From the human T2T-CHM13v2.0 reference genome, Homo sapiens, in assembly GCF_009914755.1 (NCBI RefSeq), contig NC_060927.1: DNA of 64,000 nt. The stretch is one strand, 5' to 3'. A program made the position numbers and the translations under genes. The notes beneath the pieces are model-generated. The model saw only the letters and a list, made by a program, of their open reading frames with translations, was not told the DNA's origin and did not search any database. Positions 28,968-43,636 of the stretch are shown piece by piece; position 1 is the first letter of the stretch, and each line of letters opens with the position of its first letter.

Positions 28968-29439
28968 GAGAGAGAGAAGAGAATTTAAGGAAATTTAAGA
29001 TGCCCTCTATTGCAAGGCAGGAGATCAAACCAGCTCTGATTAACTTAAAGGCAAAACATATCCCCAGCAAGAAGGCGTACAGACACTGCAGCACCCCAAA
29101 CTCTCAATTTCCATGGTTTTCTGGATGTGGGTCAGGCTCCAGACACTGAGCCATTGCAGCGCTTGAGGTTTCTAGCATGTGCTACCTGAGACAGGTCATG
29201 AGCATCCAACAGTCAACGCGTCAACAACAAATATAAAACAGACTATCTCACTGCTTGCTTATTTTGTACTTTTTGAAGTTAATTCAGCACATGAAACATG
29301 AGCAAATATAATCGGGAATCAAGGTTCTTTGCCATCTTTGCCACCTCTAAAATGAACATCAGAAGAAAGCAGAAGATGAGTTTTATCAGTGGAGGTCCCC
29401 AAAGCCTTTGCTGATACCCTTAAATCAACAGCACTGTTA

Positions 29440-30240
29440 TTCTGTTCCAGACGTTGTGCAAAGTGCTTTATACGTACCATCTAATTTAATCCTCGCAATA
29501 GCTCAGTGGCTAGGTAATGCTATTACCCCTGCCCCAGGCAAGTAAACTGAGTCTTAGAGAGAGAAAATAATTTGTCCAAAAAAAGAGCCACTGAATGAGA
29601 GTGTTGGGGTTTGAGCTTGGATCCCAATGTCCTTAATCAATTTGTACCACCCACAATATCCTTCAGGCTCAAGTGGCAAATGATTCTGTCTTCATGGGGA
29701 AGATAATGTATAACCCCTTCCGGATGGGACACGCAGAGTATGCAGTACATAGTGGGAACTTTCCAGAGAAAACCCAAGGGCAGTATTTTATTCCTACAAT
29801 AAAGGTGATGTGTGTAGCTTTGTTCCTTCTCTTTCTCCCTCAACCAGATACAGTCCTCTTAGGTGCCATAAAAATACAGAAATTCACAGGGAAATCCCCA
29901 GACTCTGACTGATTCAACAAATACCGACTGCATGCATACCTACCATATGTTAGGCACTGCTAGCCATGGAGAAGCCACACTGAATACGACCTACTTCTTG
30001 CTTATTACCTGATAAACAGGTGAATTCATGAAGGGACAGGGCTGTAACATATGGAACAAACAAGAGGTTTGGATCAAGAAAAATAATAAAGGGGCTGTCC
30101 CCTTTCACGTAGGTGGTCAGCAAAGGCATGTTTAAGGGGTTGATTTTTGAACTGAACACTAAGGGATGAGAAGGAGTGAGTCCTGGGAGGCATGGAAGGT
30201 ATCCCGTAATTCAGAGGCAAGGGAGATTTTATGACATCTG
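29440..30240 (-). mobile_element. MIR (about 29440-29640) and L2 (about 29920-30240) fragments
   Basis: gtaaactgagtcttagagag MIR core; attcaacaaatac...tacctaccatatgttaggcactg L2 3' end. Confidence 0.6.
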
Positions 30241-31219
30241 AGAAGAGTAATGGGGTTTAAATAAAATATTGGAAACCACGCGGCAAAAGCTCGAAGTTTC
30301 CAAGAGTCTTTTGAACACGCCAGATCTTCAAGCCACTATCTCCACACAGTGAACATGATGGAAGCAAAGCCTATGTCAGGCAGACCCCTGATAAGTACTA
30401 CTATAGGCTGGGGTCTGTTGCCCCAAAACCATCAGTTCTGTGATATGGTGTCAATGTTAATGAATTATCACTGCAGGTTTGTTATTATAGGTGGTGTGAC
30501 TCTTACCCGTCTCACCTAACAGGGCTCAAAAACTCAAGAGACAGCCAGGGTCACGTGGTTGGCACTGTTTTTCAATCTGGGTACAAGTCACCAACTGGGT
30601 CATCCATGAGTACTGCTGACATTCTTTGCCACGGACCTGTGGCAGCTTCTGTGTGCAGATGACACAGTCCTTTGAGGGCCATTCCCAAGAGGATCTGTGG
30701 GGGACTAGGACCTGCTTTGCCGAGTCAGCACAGAGGCAGGGATGGAGGATGAGGTGGCAGAAGATCGACATCATGTAACATCAGCCTGCACGAGCGAAAC
30801 CCTACAGTTTCAGATTATCATCAGCAATACCAACTTGAAAGCAGTTAGTGAATTCTGCTTGCGAGGCAGGACCATTGTCTGACTAAGTCAAAAAAAAAAA
30901 AAAAAAAAAAGGAATAAAAAAAGAACTGTATGCTTCTCAGGGGAAATCCTCAAAACAGGATCCAGAGACCTAAGCTCTGCTAACAGGGCTACAGCAGCTG
31001 TATACATAGCTGCACGTGTCCTTGCAGATGTGCAGCAGGACAAGCTCCCAAGGCTGTACTTGCATTTACAAGGGAATACCAGGTGAGGAGCAATGGACTG
31101 CGAAACATGCGTCATCTATCAGTAAAACAACGACCAGTGAACCAGCAACAGGATGGTACAAGCTTGTCAGAGACAGAGATTTCCACTGTATCACCTGGGG
31201 TGCCTAGTACAATGCTGGC

Positions 31220-31445
31220 ATTTATGATGTACCAGGATCCGTGCTAAGCTCTTTACAAGCATCACCTCTCTAACTCTTCAGAGTGAGCTGGCTTCTATTT
31301 TTATCCCCTTTTCCAGATAAGGAGGCCGTGGCACAGAAAGGTTAAGTAACTTGCCTAGGGTTGTTCAGCCAGGAAGTGGAAAAGGTGGAATCTGAGTCTA
31401 AGCCAATCTAACTTCAAAGCAGACACTCTTAACCATGCTGCTATC
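31220..31445 (-). mobile_element. MIR
   Basis: ccagataaggaggccgtggcacagaaaggttaagtaacttgcc. Confidence 0.7.
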
Positions 31446-32189
31446 CTGTATCCACAGGAGGCATCCAAGGAGTTTCTGCGAATGCATCCATTACCCTAAG
31501 TTTTATGACTACTCGTCACAGGCCAGTATAGGCAGAGAATATATTATTAATACAAAGCATAGGGAAGTCTCATTCTATTCATTTTATGGGATAAAAAGTG
31601 GCTCACAAGAATCATGTACAGGCCAATTTGGGACAGAAAATTTGGACAGGAGTGGCTTACTTGTCCCGTGCACCCCACTCCCACGGTAAGCTTTCAGCAG
31701 AGATACAGGGAGCAACAAATCACAGAAAGGTAGGATGGAGAGTTCTGTCCCGTCCTTGAGTCTACATAAGAACAGAGGGACAATGCAAAGCTGTCAGCAA
31801 TGTCCCCTGCCCATATAGGGGGAACAGAATTGGGTGTGAGTGCGTGCCACTAAGACCTCATGCTAGTACTCAAGCCTTAATGAAATCTTACATCCACAGG
31901 AAGGAAAACCCACTAGACTAGCATATTCGAGAGTTTAAATTTTGCTTTATAGCTCTCTTAATAAAGAAATGTATTTCTCAGATTTGCCATGGCACTTTCA
32001 GTAAGAATATTGTGGTCTTAAAATATTTACTGAGCTATATCTCTGCTGAGAATTAAACAGGCTAAAATTCTAACATGTAAAATTCAAACAAGGCACAGTC
32101 AACAGAAGGCATTCATTGAAAATAAATAAAAATTAAACATGTAAGCAAAATTGACAGCATGATTTCGTAAAAGTAACCATAATGGTTGC

Positions 32190-32580
32190 TCAGTAAGCAT
32201 TCACCTTTTCTTAGTACTAGAATCCAGAATTTACCTGGGACATCAAATTGTTCAAGTCTAAGGATGCATTTCCCAGACACCCTTACAGTTAGGGGTGGCT
32301 AATAGGATGTAAGCAGGCATCATTGGATAAGGCTACAGGGAAAGTGCTTTAAAAAGGCCTGCCTCAGCCAGGAAAACTACTTTTTGTCTTGGATGTAGAG
32401 GCAATGGCCTGAGAGCCAGCAGCCACCATGTGACCTTGAAGATGAAGGAACGCACTTGAATAAGCAGAGTAGAAAGATAGAAGACACAAACTGCTCTTCC
32501 CAGATGTTTTTACGACAGAATACTTAAATAATTTTTTATACTTATATCTCTCTTACTAGAAAACAATTCTTAACTAATAT
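32190..32580 (+). mobile_element. MLT1-type LTR, degenerate
   Basis: gcatttcccagacacccttacagttaggggtggc...gcagccaccatgtgacc. Confidence 0.6.
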
Positions 32581-33366
32581 AATGACATGAAAACATATCT
32601 AAAGATGACACTACAATTTTCTCTGAGGGAAAAAAAAAACTAGAAGATTCATGAATTGGGATTCTGATTAACCCTCTATTCCCAAAGCTGTTTGTTTAAG
32701 TATGACTTGCCTTCTTAATTAGTATTGCTAGCCCAGGGAAGCATATTTGCTGAGCCTGTCTCTCTGTTTTGACATGCAAGACTTGTGAAATTTAAACATA
32801 CTTGTAGGCATCCAAAGCATTATTATTTATTAAGGCCTATATTAAAGGTGAGATCTTACAGCACTCTCAGATTCTGATGATTAAAGGAAATTTAATCGTT
32901 CTTCATTGGCATTTGATCTTTAGCCTACCATAATCTACCCGCATATCCCTTCATCCATATTTGATACTAAAGACATTTCAACAGCTAGTCCATCAACTGT
33001 AAAATAGAAGGAACGTACAGACAAACCACATTACTCAGAAAATAAGAGAGCTTTCCCCCACACTCATTTCGCTCATGAAAGCCCAATGTGATTAAAAAGG
33101 TGAAGAAGTCACACTCCACAAGGTGAACCAGAATGACTGTAGAGCCGATCATCACATTCGTAAGGAGTTTCGAAATTTTCAAAGTGCTTTCACATGCATT
33201 ATATCTTGTTTCATCCTTACAACACCATCTTTCAAGGTAGTAAGGGCAGGTATATATTTTTTATTCCTGTTTCTCGCAGATAAATGGTTTGCTCAAGGTC
33301 AGACGGAGTGGTACCCAGCGAGGTGTCAGGTTTACAGGTCAAATGTCCGTTTTTGATGCATCCAAT

Positions 33367-33586
33367 CAAGGGACAGCCTACTATAGTCTTCAGGCCAAAT
33401 ATGGCTTACTGTCTGTTTTTGTAAATAAAGTCTCACTGGAGCACAGTGACACCCCTTTGCTTGTATATTATCTATGGCTGCTTTTGTGCTCTAAAGGCAG
33501 AGTTGACTAGTTGCAAAAAAGACTGTATGGCTCATAAGGATGACAATATTTCCTATCTGGCCCCTTACAAATTTTACCAACCCCTG
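33367..33586 (+). mobile_element. MER58A (hAT-Charlie)
   Basis: ctgtttttgtaaataaagt...tatctggcccc...aacccctg. Confidence 0.82.
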
Positions 33587-33819
33587 CATTAGGTCACCTT
33601 CCCACAAATATGATCCCCGTTATGAACCCTATTCTTGAAAACCATAAAGCTATCATGGGGGGTAGCAGCATTCAAATGCCTGCTAGCTTCAGAATCAGGG
33701 CCTGATAATTAGAAAGGCCATTATCTTCTGCAGGATTACTATATCGACCACTGGGTCCCCCGCAAAGGTAGATGGCAATTTTTAGGTGGTATACAGCATC
33801 AGTGGTGTCTGTCACTTAC

Positions 33820-33914
33820 CCTGAAATTTTAACGTGTCTCACAGCCATAAAAAGCCTGGGGTCACTGGGAGGGGGCATGCATAATGCCACAGGACTGCAA
33901 CACACAGAGGGAAG
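33820..33914 (-). other. FOXP1: Non-coding 5'UTR exon (95 nt) of FOXP1
   Basis: Minus strand reads cacttaac (branch-like) + ctcttcttttctttttgctttcag | CTTCCCTCTGTGTG...TTAAAATTTCAGG | gtaagt. The splice sites are seen directly. Gene identity comes from my recall of the FOXP1 mRNA 5'UTR and was not checked by search. Confidence 0.88.
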
Positions 33915-34220
33915 CTGAAAGCAAAAAGAAAAGAAGAGGTTAAGTGAAGGGGCAAATGGTGATGCTTCAAAAGCAACACAGACACACGAGCCTTTGGTAT
34001 CCCTCATTTACATACCACATTTACCTTCAGTATATAATCATGTATCTAAGCATCTATTTTATCCTTTGCCTTCTAGAATCAGCATTTGACCTAGCTCACA
34101 ACCTGAATTACAGGAGGAGGATGCAAAATGTTATGTAGGTGAGTAAAACTGTCACTCTTGAAGGCACTGACATCCACTTAGGAAGTTAAGTTCCTTTATC
34201 TTCCGTACCATAATTTCTAT

Positions 34221-34784
<564 letters not shown>

Positions 34785-36818
34785 TAAATTCTCATAATTA
34801 CAGTGCTAATACATCCTGAGAAATAAGAAAAAGAAGATCCATAGGTCCAAATGATAATTTTGCCATGAGTTTTGATCTTTTAGCCTATCTCAATGCACTC
34901 AGTAGAAGAGACAGGAGGAAGTAAGTACATACATGGACACAGGCGCCCTACTAGCGAAACATACAAGCTCTCTCCTGACAGCCAAACAGAAAATCTTACT
35001 TGCCACAGTTAGCAACTCTTTTTTTTTCAGTTGCATTTCAAATGCAGAAGGAGACTGTGACACACCTTCTCATGGAAACAGTCACTCTGTTCATGTGCTG
35101 AGACTGCAAAGCTTTCATCGCTTGGTTAGGTTATTAGTAGAATATTTACCAAATCCAATTCCAAGTAAGTTGAAGTTGCTGACAGATAAGTCAACTCATC
35201 CCCAAGCACTTTCAGAAAGTTTTTGCGAATAGCTGTCAGTAGCAAGGTTTCACATGCCGGGTCTTTTCTGCATAGATCCTTGAGATAATAATGCCATCTA
35301 TATGGTCCTCAAGATTAAATAAAGGACTCTCACTAATACAGAAAAAAAAAAATGGAACTATAGAATGGGTAGAAAGCCTGAGCTTTCAAGGCACGTACAT
35401 GTACGTCTGTGTGCAGTGTTCTCTTTCAATAGTAAATTCAGGCAATACTTTGTGAATTTACATGTTTTTAACCTACTCAGATGGAGAAGTTGAAACTAAA
35501 AAGGAGATGCACGAAGTTTTATGATTTGAATAGTCACCTGTCTCCGGAAACTATGTGGGCTGTCTGCCTACCAGAACTCAGAAGAGAGTTAAGAGATGGT
35601 GTTCCCAGTGGGTGTCTCTTCTAGATATGAGATAAACTCAGGCCAGATTTGTCCACACTATGTTTTCTAGGTATCTGGTGTCTAGTGTGCATAAACTCTT
35701 TGCACATGACTTCTGAATCTTCATTCTTATATGAGTTTAATGTGCTGTGTGGGCATTTTCCCTCTTGAGCAAGGGAGCTTAAGAGTATGATAAGAATGCA
35801 TCAAAAATGTTTTTAAGATAATTTCAGTTGGTAAAGGCTGTAATCGTTCAAACTTAATTGGTGAACTCATTAATGAGCAACTGCCACTAAAAGAAAGATG
35901 ACCATTGTCATCGACTTATCAGAGCAACGAGATAATGAAGTTAATTATATTGTTTTCAGTGGATTTACACTGGCTGCCTTTTAGATTCTACATTTCCAAA
36001 CATTGGTTCTGACACCCCATGAGTTTGGACTCTTAACAAAAAACTATGAGCTGTGGACTCCTCAAGGAACAGTCGGCAGATCACAGCCCCACGTCAGGGC
36101 AATGCAATTGGAAAACTTTTCTCCCCTTTATTATCTACTTGTAAAATGTTATAAGCCTGTAAACTAGTTAATTTATGAGCCGTGTTAATAATTTGCTCAC
36201 ACTCGATTGCAGGTTTGGCAAACACAGTTTCCAAGGGATGTGGGAGGATAATTTGTAGGTCCGGCTTCTCTCCTAAGGGGACACTAACTAATTTGACACA
36301 GTAACATGACATTGATGGCGGGGCACACTAATGACCATTCTCCAAGACAGGGCTGTCAGCCTGTCGTTCCAGTGAGACGCCGGTCTGCTTTCACCGCTGC
36401 TCAGGACTGGATGCTCAACTAATTATTCAGACAGCGACATTAATGAGAGCCCTCATGTTTATTTTCAACAGACTAACCAGCGCTTAGCTTCCATTTGTCT
36501 GATATGGTCACTGATTAAAATGTGTTTCATGAATAGTAAATTTGAACTCTAATATAACAAAGAAGCACCGGAGAAAAATAAGGAACAGCTGACTGGAAAA
36601 CCAACCTCGTCCAAGCAATTTGTTTTCTGCCCCATATATCGTCAAGGACAAAGTGACAGGTAGTGGGAAATGTCATGGAGTACCAAGAAAAGTGAGTGGA
36701 GTATTTTTAATTACACATGTCTGTGGACAAGTCTGACTTTTGACTAAGGCCCCTGGATCACAATATGGCCAAGAGCAGCTTCCATCTCAAACAAACTTCA
36801 CTAACTGTATGATACTGA

Positions 36819-37439
<621 letters not shown>

Positions 37440-38364
37440 TGAATGAAGATATTTAAAGTTAGTATTTTCCAGGAAATGACCAAAATTTGCTTATGTGTGT
37501 TTTTTGAACCTTACAAACTTTGATCTTTGATTAGTCTATAATATGATCTTCACAAACATTAATAAATGCTGTTGTATTTTTTCCAAATCTACTGTAAAAC
37601 TATACTGCTGAGGGTGTCTTAAAAAGTGTTTTTTAATGTCTTCTTTTATGTCTTGTTTCTAGTCTACTAAACCTTGTAATCAAGTTCTTTGTACTTTAAA
37701 TTAAATTTCTATTTTGGTGTGATAAATTTTGTCCTTCATTTTAGGGTGATTATAATCCTAAAATATTCATATAATCATGATGTAAATGAATAACTTTAAA
37801 AAAAAAAGGGTGTGTTTAGATCTATTAAAGGTGTTAAAAAATTGAAAATTTTTTCAATTTTTTATTGATATAATTCTGATATAATTCATTGTAAAATGTG
37901 CAATTCAAAATAAGTAACAGTGGTAGTATTTCAACAGATGTTCTATCTGCCATCACGGATAAAGAATTCTACTCAATATTGTGTACAACTTCTTATTTTA
38001 TAAAATAGCAAAATAAATTTGAGTACACGTAGATCACTTTGGGAAGGAAAATGTCACTGCATGCAACATTTCTTAAGTATGTATTCCTAAACTTACTCAC
38101 TCTGAGATAGATCTGTCATTTTAGAACGCCAAAATGCCTAAATGGCACACAACATGTGGGAAGTAGATTCAGATTGCAGGCTAATTTTTTAAATATATTT
38201 AAACAAGTAGGCAGATAAATTGTTCCAAACCAGCACGACTGTCTTTAAATGCTGCCCTTCCCAGGGGACTTGTTGGAGACAGGTTCTCAGATTATCAGCA
38301 CCTCTGGGCAGTTTATGTATGGTAAACATTTGTCCTCCATAATAATACAAGAAAATGCGGTCAG

Positions 38365-38850
38365 TCTGTGGCAAAGACCAGCTAAACGTTCATCAAATCC
38401 ATTTCTTTTTCCTGAACACACAGCTGGAATGCATTTCCCAGCATCCCTTGTAGTTAGGTGGGGCCTGGTGACTGAGTTCTAACCAAATAGATGGAAGTGG
38501 GTATACACTACTTTCATTCAGATCCTGAAGCCTCTGGCACCCTGCCTAATGACTGCTTTCTTCCCTGGATCGTGGGCGCAGAGATCCAGTAGAGAACGCC
38601 TAGTTCCTGGAGATAGTGGAGTCACTGGATGGAATTCGCCTGGGTCCCTGAAAGACTACATGGAGCAGAGCCACCACCGCTCCTGTCCCCCTCAACCAGC
38701 ACTAACAGTGGGAGGTGCTCACCCATTAAACTGCACTGAGTTAAGCTCCCGAGCAGCTGGGACTACAGGCGCGTGCCATCACACCCGGCTAATTTCAAAA
38801 ATTTCAAATTCTGGAATGTTGGTTACAGCTGCTAGTATCTCTTACCCAAA
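38365..38850 (+). mobile_element. MLT1-type LTR carrying a 52-bp internal Alu fragment (38744-38795)
   Basis: gcatttcccagcatcccttgtagttaggtgggg...gtgactgagttct MLT1 motifs. Confidence 0.75.
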
Positions 38851-39602
38851 TACATGGACCTTTCCAATTTCTCCCTGGCTTTTACTTGGGTCTCCAGGTA
38901 ACCATAAGTAAGCAGAAGCTCTGTCAATTTGGAACATTTTCTGAAAATATTTCATAGTTACCATTATTTGCTCCTCTAACTAAGCTAAGGGTAGTAAAAG
39001 GAAAGGGAACCAACAGCTAATGTATTCCCAAAATGTGTCAGACATAGTTTTACTTACTTAACCTTCACGTAGCCCAGTAAGGAAGTTTGATTCCCACTTT
39101 ACAGGTAAGAATACTGAGCTTCTAAGAAGTGAAATAAAACCAAATGCCACAGAATATTGATCCAGTTGACAGTTTCCTAGTTGAATGCCTTTTGTTGTTG
39201 CTGTTGAATTGGCTTTTAATATCCAAACTTTACAGAAAATACATGTTTTATTTATTTCTAAATAAAACAGTTTTGTCTGCTGCTATTATAAAAGAAAAAA
39301 TCCTATCACATCCTTCAAATTTAATGTAACATTTTTAACGAAATGGGTGAAGGTTAAGTGTCACATTGCAGTACAACTGGTAGAACATCAGATACCTCCC
39401 TAGAGGTTTTGAAAACCCAGCCACAAAAGTGATGCGTTTCAGATGTTCTTCATGATTAAAAAAGAAGTCACATTTCAAACAAAATAAATGTTGAGATCAT
39501 ATTAACTGTTAACTAATTAATGTTTTAAACATTTTTACATCCTTAACGTGATAGCTGTGTATATATAAGATATTTTACTATCTTTTAGTCATATTTTAGA
39601 AA

Positions 39603-39792
39603 AGAGTTGGTAAACTTTTTCTGTAAAGGAACACTTAGTGAATATTTTAGACTCTGGTGCCACAGCTCTCTATTGCAACTACTTGGGTACTACAGTAGAA
39701 AAGTAATCACATGTAAACAAGTGGGTGTTGTTGTGTTCTAATAAAACGTTATTTACACAAACTGGCAGTGGGCTGGATTTGCCAACTTCTGC
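39603..39792 (-). mobile_element. MER58A
   Basis: ggtaaactttttctgtaaagg...aataaaacgttatttaca...gggctggatttgcc. Confidence 0.78.
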
Positions 39793-40372
39793 TTCAGAAC
39801 ATTGATTGAGGGTTTTGCACATTGACACATAACACATTAAAATTTGTCCTATGTAAAATAATGTGAAATAGACTCTGGTCAGCACTTTCACTCAGGATAT
39901 CTGACTGCCAGGGATGGATTACTGATGGTAAGGGTAGTTGCCTTAATTTGCCAAAGGGTTAAGAGATGAGTGCTGGCAGGCTCAGCTTCCACTCACTCAC
40001 CCCATGCCTGGTTCTTTCCCCTAAGTCATGCCACCTTTCCAAGGGCCCATGCGCCCACATAGACAGCTTACTAGAATCCCATGCCATTCCGAACAAAAAT
40101 CCAAGGAATACTTGCAACAACCAAAAAAAAAAAAAAAAGCTGAAGCTTTTTCTCATCAATACAGTCAAGCCCCTGTGTTAAGATAGTGTAGGTAACAGTC
40201 ACCTTAAAGTGACTTTATGTTGGACCTTTTTTAAAAAAGCAAAATAAACAGTAGATTTTAGATGTCACTGGAAGAGTGAGACAGAAATGACATCCACTAA
40301 AAGTTTCAAAATCAGGCATGAAGATTCCCTAAATTAGAAGCAAACTGCTTTCTTGGATTTAAAGGATGTTCC

Positions 40373-40670
40373 GGCTGGGTGCGGTGGCTCACGCCTATAA
40401 TCCCAGCACTTTGGGAGGCCAAGCCCGGCAGATCACGAGGTCAAGAGATGGAGACCAGCCTGGCCAACACGGTGAAACCCCATCTCTACTAAAAATACAA
40501 AAATTAGCTGAGCGTGGTGGCGTGTGCCTCTAGTCCCAGCTACTAGGGAGGCTGAGGCAGGAGAATTGCTTGAAACTGGGAGGCAGAGGTTGCAGTGAGC
40601 CCACTGCACTCCAGCCTGGCGACAGGGCAAGACTCCATTTTAAAAACAAAACAAAACAAAACAAAAAACA
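40373..40670 (+). mobile_element. AluSc-like with (AAAAC)n tail
   Basis: Dimer; TSD gatgttcc. Confidence 0.9.
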
Positions 40671-42774
40671 AGATGTTCCTTCTTAACCAATTTCAGGGTA
40701 GGAGCTACATGTCCAGTGATAGAATATGCCAGAAACAATGAGTCAAATGTATTATTCCCCCACTATTCTCTCAAGGATGTACAATTATTGTAATGACGAC
40801 TTGGTCCACTTTTTTTTTCGTTGTGGATGGCAAAGCTCAGAGACATACATACAGAGAGATATCTTTTTTTTAATCTCAGTTCCCCATTAATGTTTTATTA
40901 TAACAGTTAAGTGTAAAAGATGATTTGAGACATAAAATGGGTAAATTTTATGAATCTGTCTTATCTTAAATGTCTATCAAAACAGAACAAAAGCAAGTAA
41001 ATGATAATCCAGTCTGACAAAGGCATATTTTATAGGTTGTAGTCATTAAAAATGGGGAAATGTGTGCAAATGCTTGTTAATGTGATATAAAATAAGCAAG
41101 ATAGGAAAATTGTATCTACAGTAATTCTCAGCTGTATAAAAATATGTGTCAATGAAGAACAGAAAAAAATAAAATTAACAGTATTTGCCCTAGAGAAATG
41201 GGATTACGGTCAGGATTTTTCTTTAGAATTTTTTGTATTCTCTAGATTTTCCAAAACCAAGTAATATCCAAAATACCTGTTATACAATTTGAAACAATGG
41301 TTTTGACTTTAAAAAAAGAAGAAACATTTTGCACATTTCTACTCATTTATTAATGGCTTTTGACTGTCTTGTTTCCAGACTAGAAGTGTCTTGAGAGCAG
41401 AGATTCATGTTATTTCTCATGCCCCAAACACAATGTTTATGGTATCTTACGCACTCAATTAACATTCCTTAAAGCAACTGAATAGACCACCTTACTTTTT
41501 AAAAGTCCTCTTAATGAGATTCCCTAAATAAATTAAATTTTCATACTTTAAGCCTTTACAAGAAATTAAATAATTTTGTTTAAAGAGGTTGATTGCTTGC
41601 GGATTATGGCTGTAAATAAATTGCTTGATGTAAAATTATACTTTCTCCTCTTCCCTTTTTCCATGATGGCACACAATAATTTGTCTTTTAATAACCTCAA
41701 ACAGTTCTGAGTCATTTGCTCATTAAAAACAAAATACATCTTGATCACAAAGTTTGGCATTTCATAAATATTTACCCCAAATGCACTGCCTGCTTTGAAG
41801 CTGGGATGGTAAGCTCCTGATTGACAAGCAACTTCTGTGCAGAAGGAGGGAGGAGACCTCTCCTGTCAGCTAGGAGAAGGCCACCACACTGCCTTTGCGC
41901 CTCCTCTCTCCTGCAGAGGCTCCTTCCCCACAGCCAAAAAACCCACAATAAATGTGATCATCATTCATCAGTGTCTCTCTCACATACACATACACACTCC
42001 CTCTCTCTCACGTTGCATTCACTCCCTGTTTGCATTCTCTCAATGGCTTCCCAGTAGTGTCAGAACAGGGGCCAAAAGCATTCCCGTGGTTTACAAGGTC
42101 CTGTATGACCTGACCCCTGTTGACCTCTCTGGCCTCCCGCTTAACTACGTATCTCCACTACAAGCTTCTCACTGAGTCTTCATACTGGGCTGGAAGGACG
42201 GCAGGGAGGGATATCGAAGATTAGATGAAGATTTCAGCTCCTATCCTGAGAACCGTGATGCTGAGTGGGTAAAACAACATATCTTTACCTAAAAAAATCC
42301 AAAAACAACAACAAAAAACAGTGTACTATAAACACTCTGTGTTTTCCTCCACCGAATATATCATGGATCATTTTTCATATCATTTTCTGGATGAAAATAA
42401 GTGAGATTAGTGAACAGAAAATTCAAATCTTAAAAGCAACTTCAATTTTCTCCTTAAGAAATAAGAATTTGACCACCAGTCCTTTCCAAGACCATAATGA
42501 TGGCTGGTGGTAATGGACTAGTTAGTCCTCTGCAATACCACCAAACTTTTTCCCAGAGTTGTCAACTCCAGGAGCAGAAGAAAAAAATAATGCCAACCAC
42601 AGAACACAAGCAGATATTGTCCTGTGAGAGCCAATCTGTTTGGATTCAAACGTGTTCACCACTTAGGGTTGAATATTTCATTTGATGACATAAGGACTGC
42701 ATGCTACAGCTGGACCCTCGACAAATTACCCTGGTGAATCCTACAGAGGAAGACAGGCTCTTAGTTGGGATTTA

Positions 42775-43096
42775 TTTATTTAATTTTTATTTTATTTATT
42801 TATTTATTTTTTTAGATGGAGTTTCACTCGGTTGCCCAGGCTGGAGTACAATGGTGTGATCTCGGCTCACTACAAACTCTGCCTCTCAGGTTCAAAGGAT
42901 TCTCCTGCCTCAGCCTCCTGAGTAGCTGGGATAAACAGGCGTGTGCCACGACACCTGGCTAATTTTTGTATTTTTAGGAGAGATGGGGTTTCAGCATGTT
43001 GGCCAGGCTGGTCTCGAACTTCCTGACCTCAAGTGATCCGCCTGCTTTGGCCTCCCAAAGTGCTGGGATTACAGGCATGAGCCACCATGCCTGGCC
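42775..43096 (-). mobile_element. AluSx
   Basis: Dimer; TSD ttagttgggattta. Confidence 0.92.
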
Positions 43097-43636
43097 TTAG
43101 TTGGGATTTAAATGAAAGACATCCTCTTCATGACATGCAAAAGTTAAGAACCACTGTGGGTCATCACTCTCATTAGTCTCTGAGAAAAAAAGGGTATTGA
43201 TATATGCACAGGCTACAAAAATAGGAAGTATGCTTTATTTTGATCAAACCTCAGTAGCTAAAACCAAAGTAATCAATTGTTTGGGACTGTCACATGATAA
43301 CTAATTTCACTGCAATGTCTTCATCCTGGGTACACAGGGAAATGACATTTCCAATTCCAATCCCAATTTCACTGGCATTTATACAAGTCAGGCCCATGTG
43401 ACTGATTTCTGCTCAATGGGATGTCAGCAGTAGCAAGGGGCAGCACTTCTAAGCCCATGATGGAAGGTCAACTGCACTCCCTGTTCCTCTTCCCCACCAA
43501 CTGCTGAGACCCCATAGCAAGAATAAGATGAGGAGGTTCAACAGACATGAAGGGAAGAAAACATATACCTTATTATGTAAAGCTACCAAAATCTCTGTGT
43601 TAGTCACAGCAGCTAACACATTGTGAGTGTATACCG

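Noticed and set aside
33762-33780. CTCF-like AGATGGCA cores (also about 47285)
   Set aside because: The conserved CC 5' part of the CTCF motif is missing
33816-34007. 63-aa ORF spanning the exon
   Set aside because: Begins in intronic sequence and reads through the polypyrimidine tract; only the exonic part matters, as a uORF
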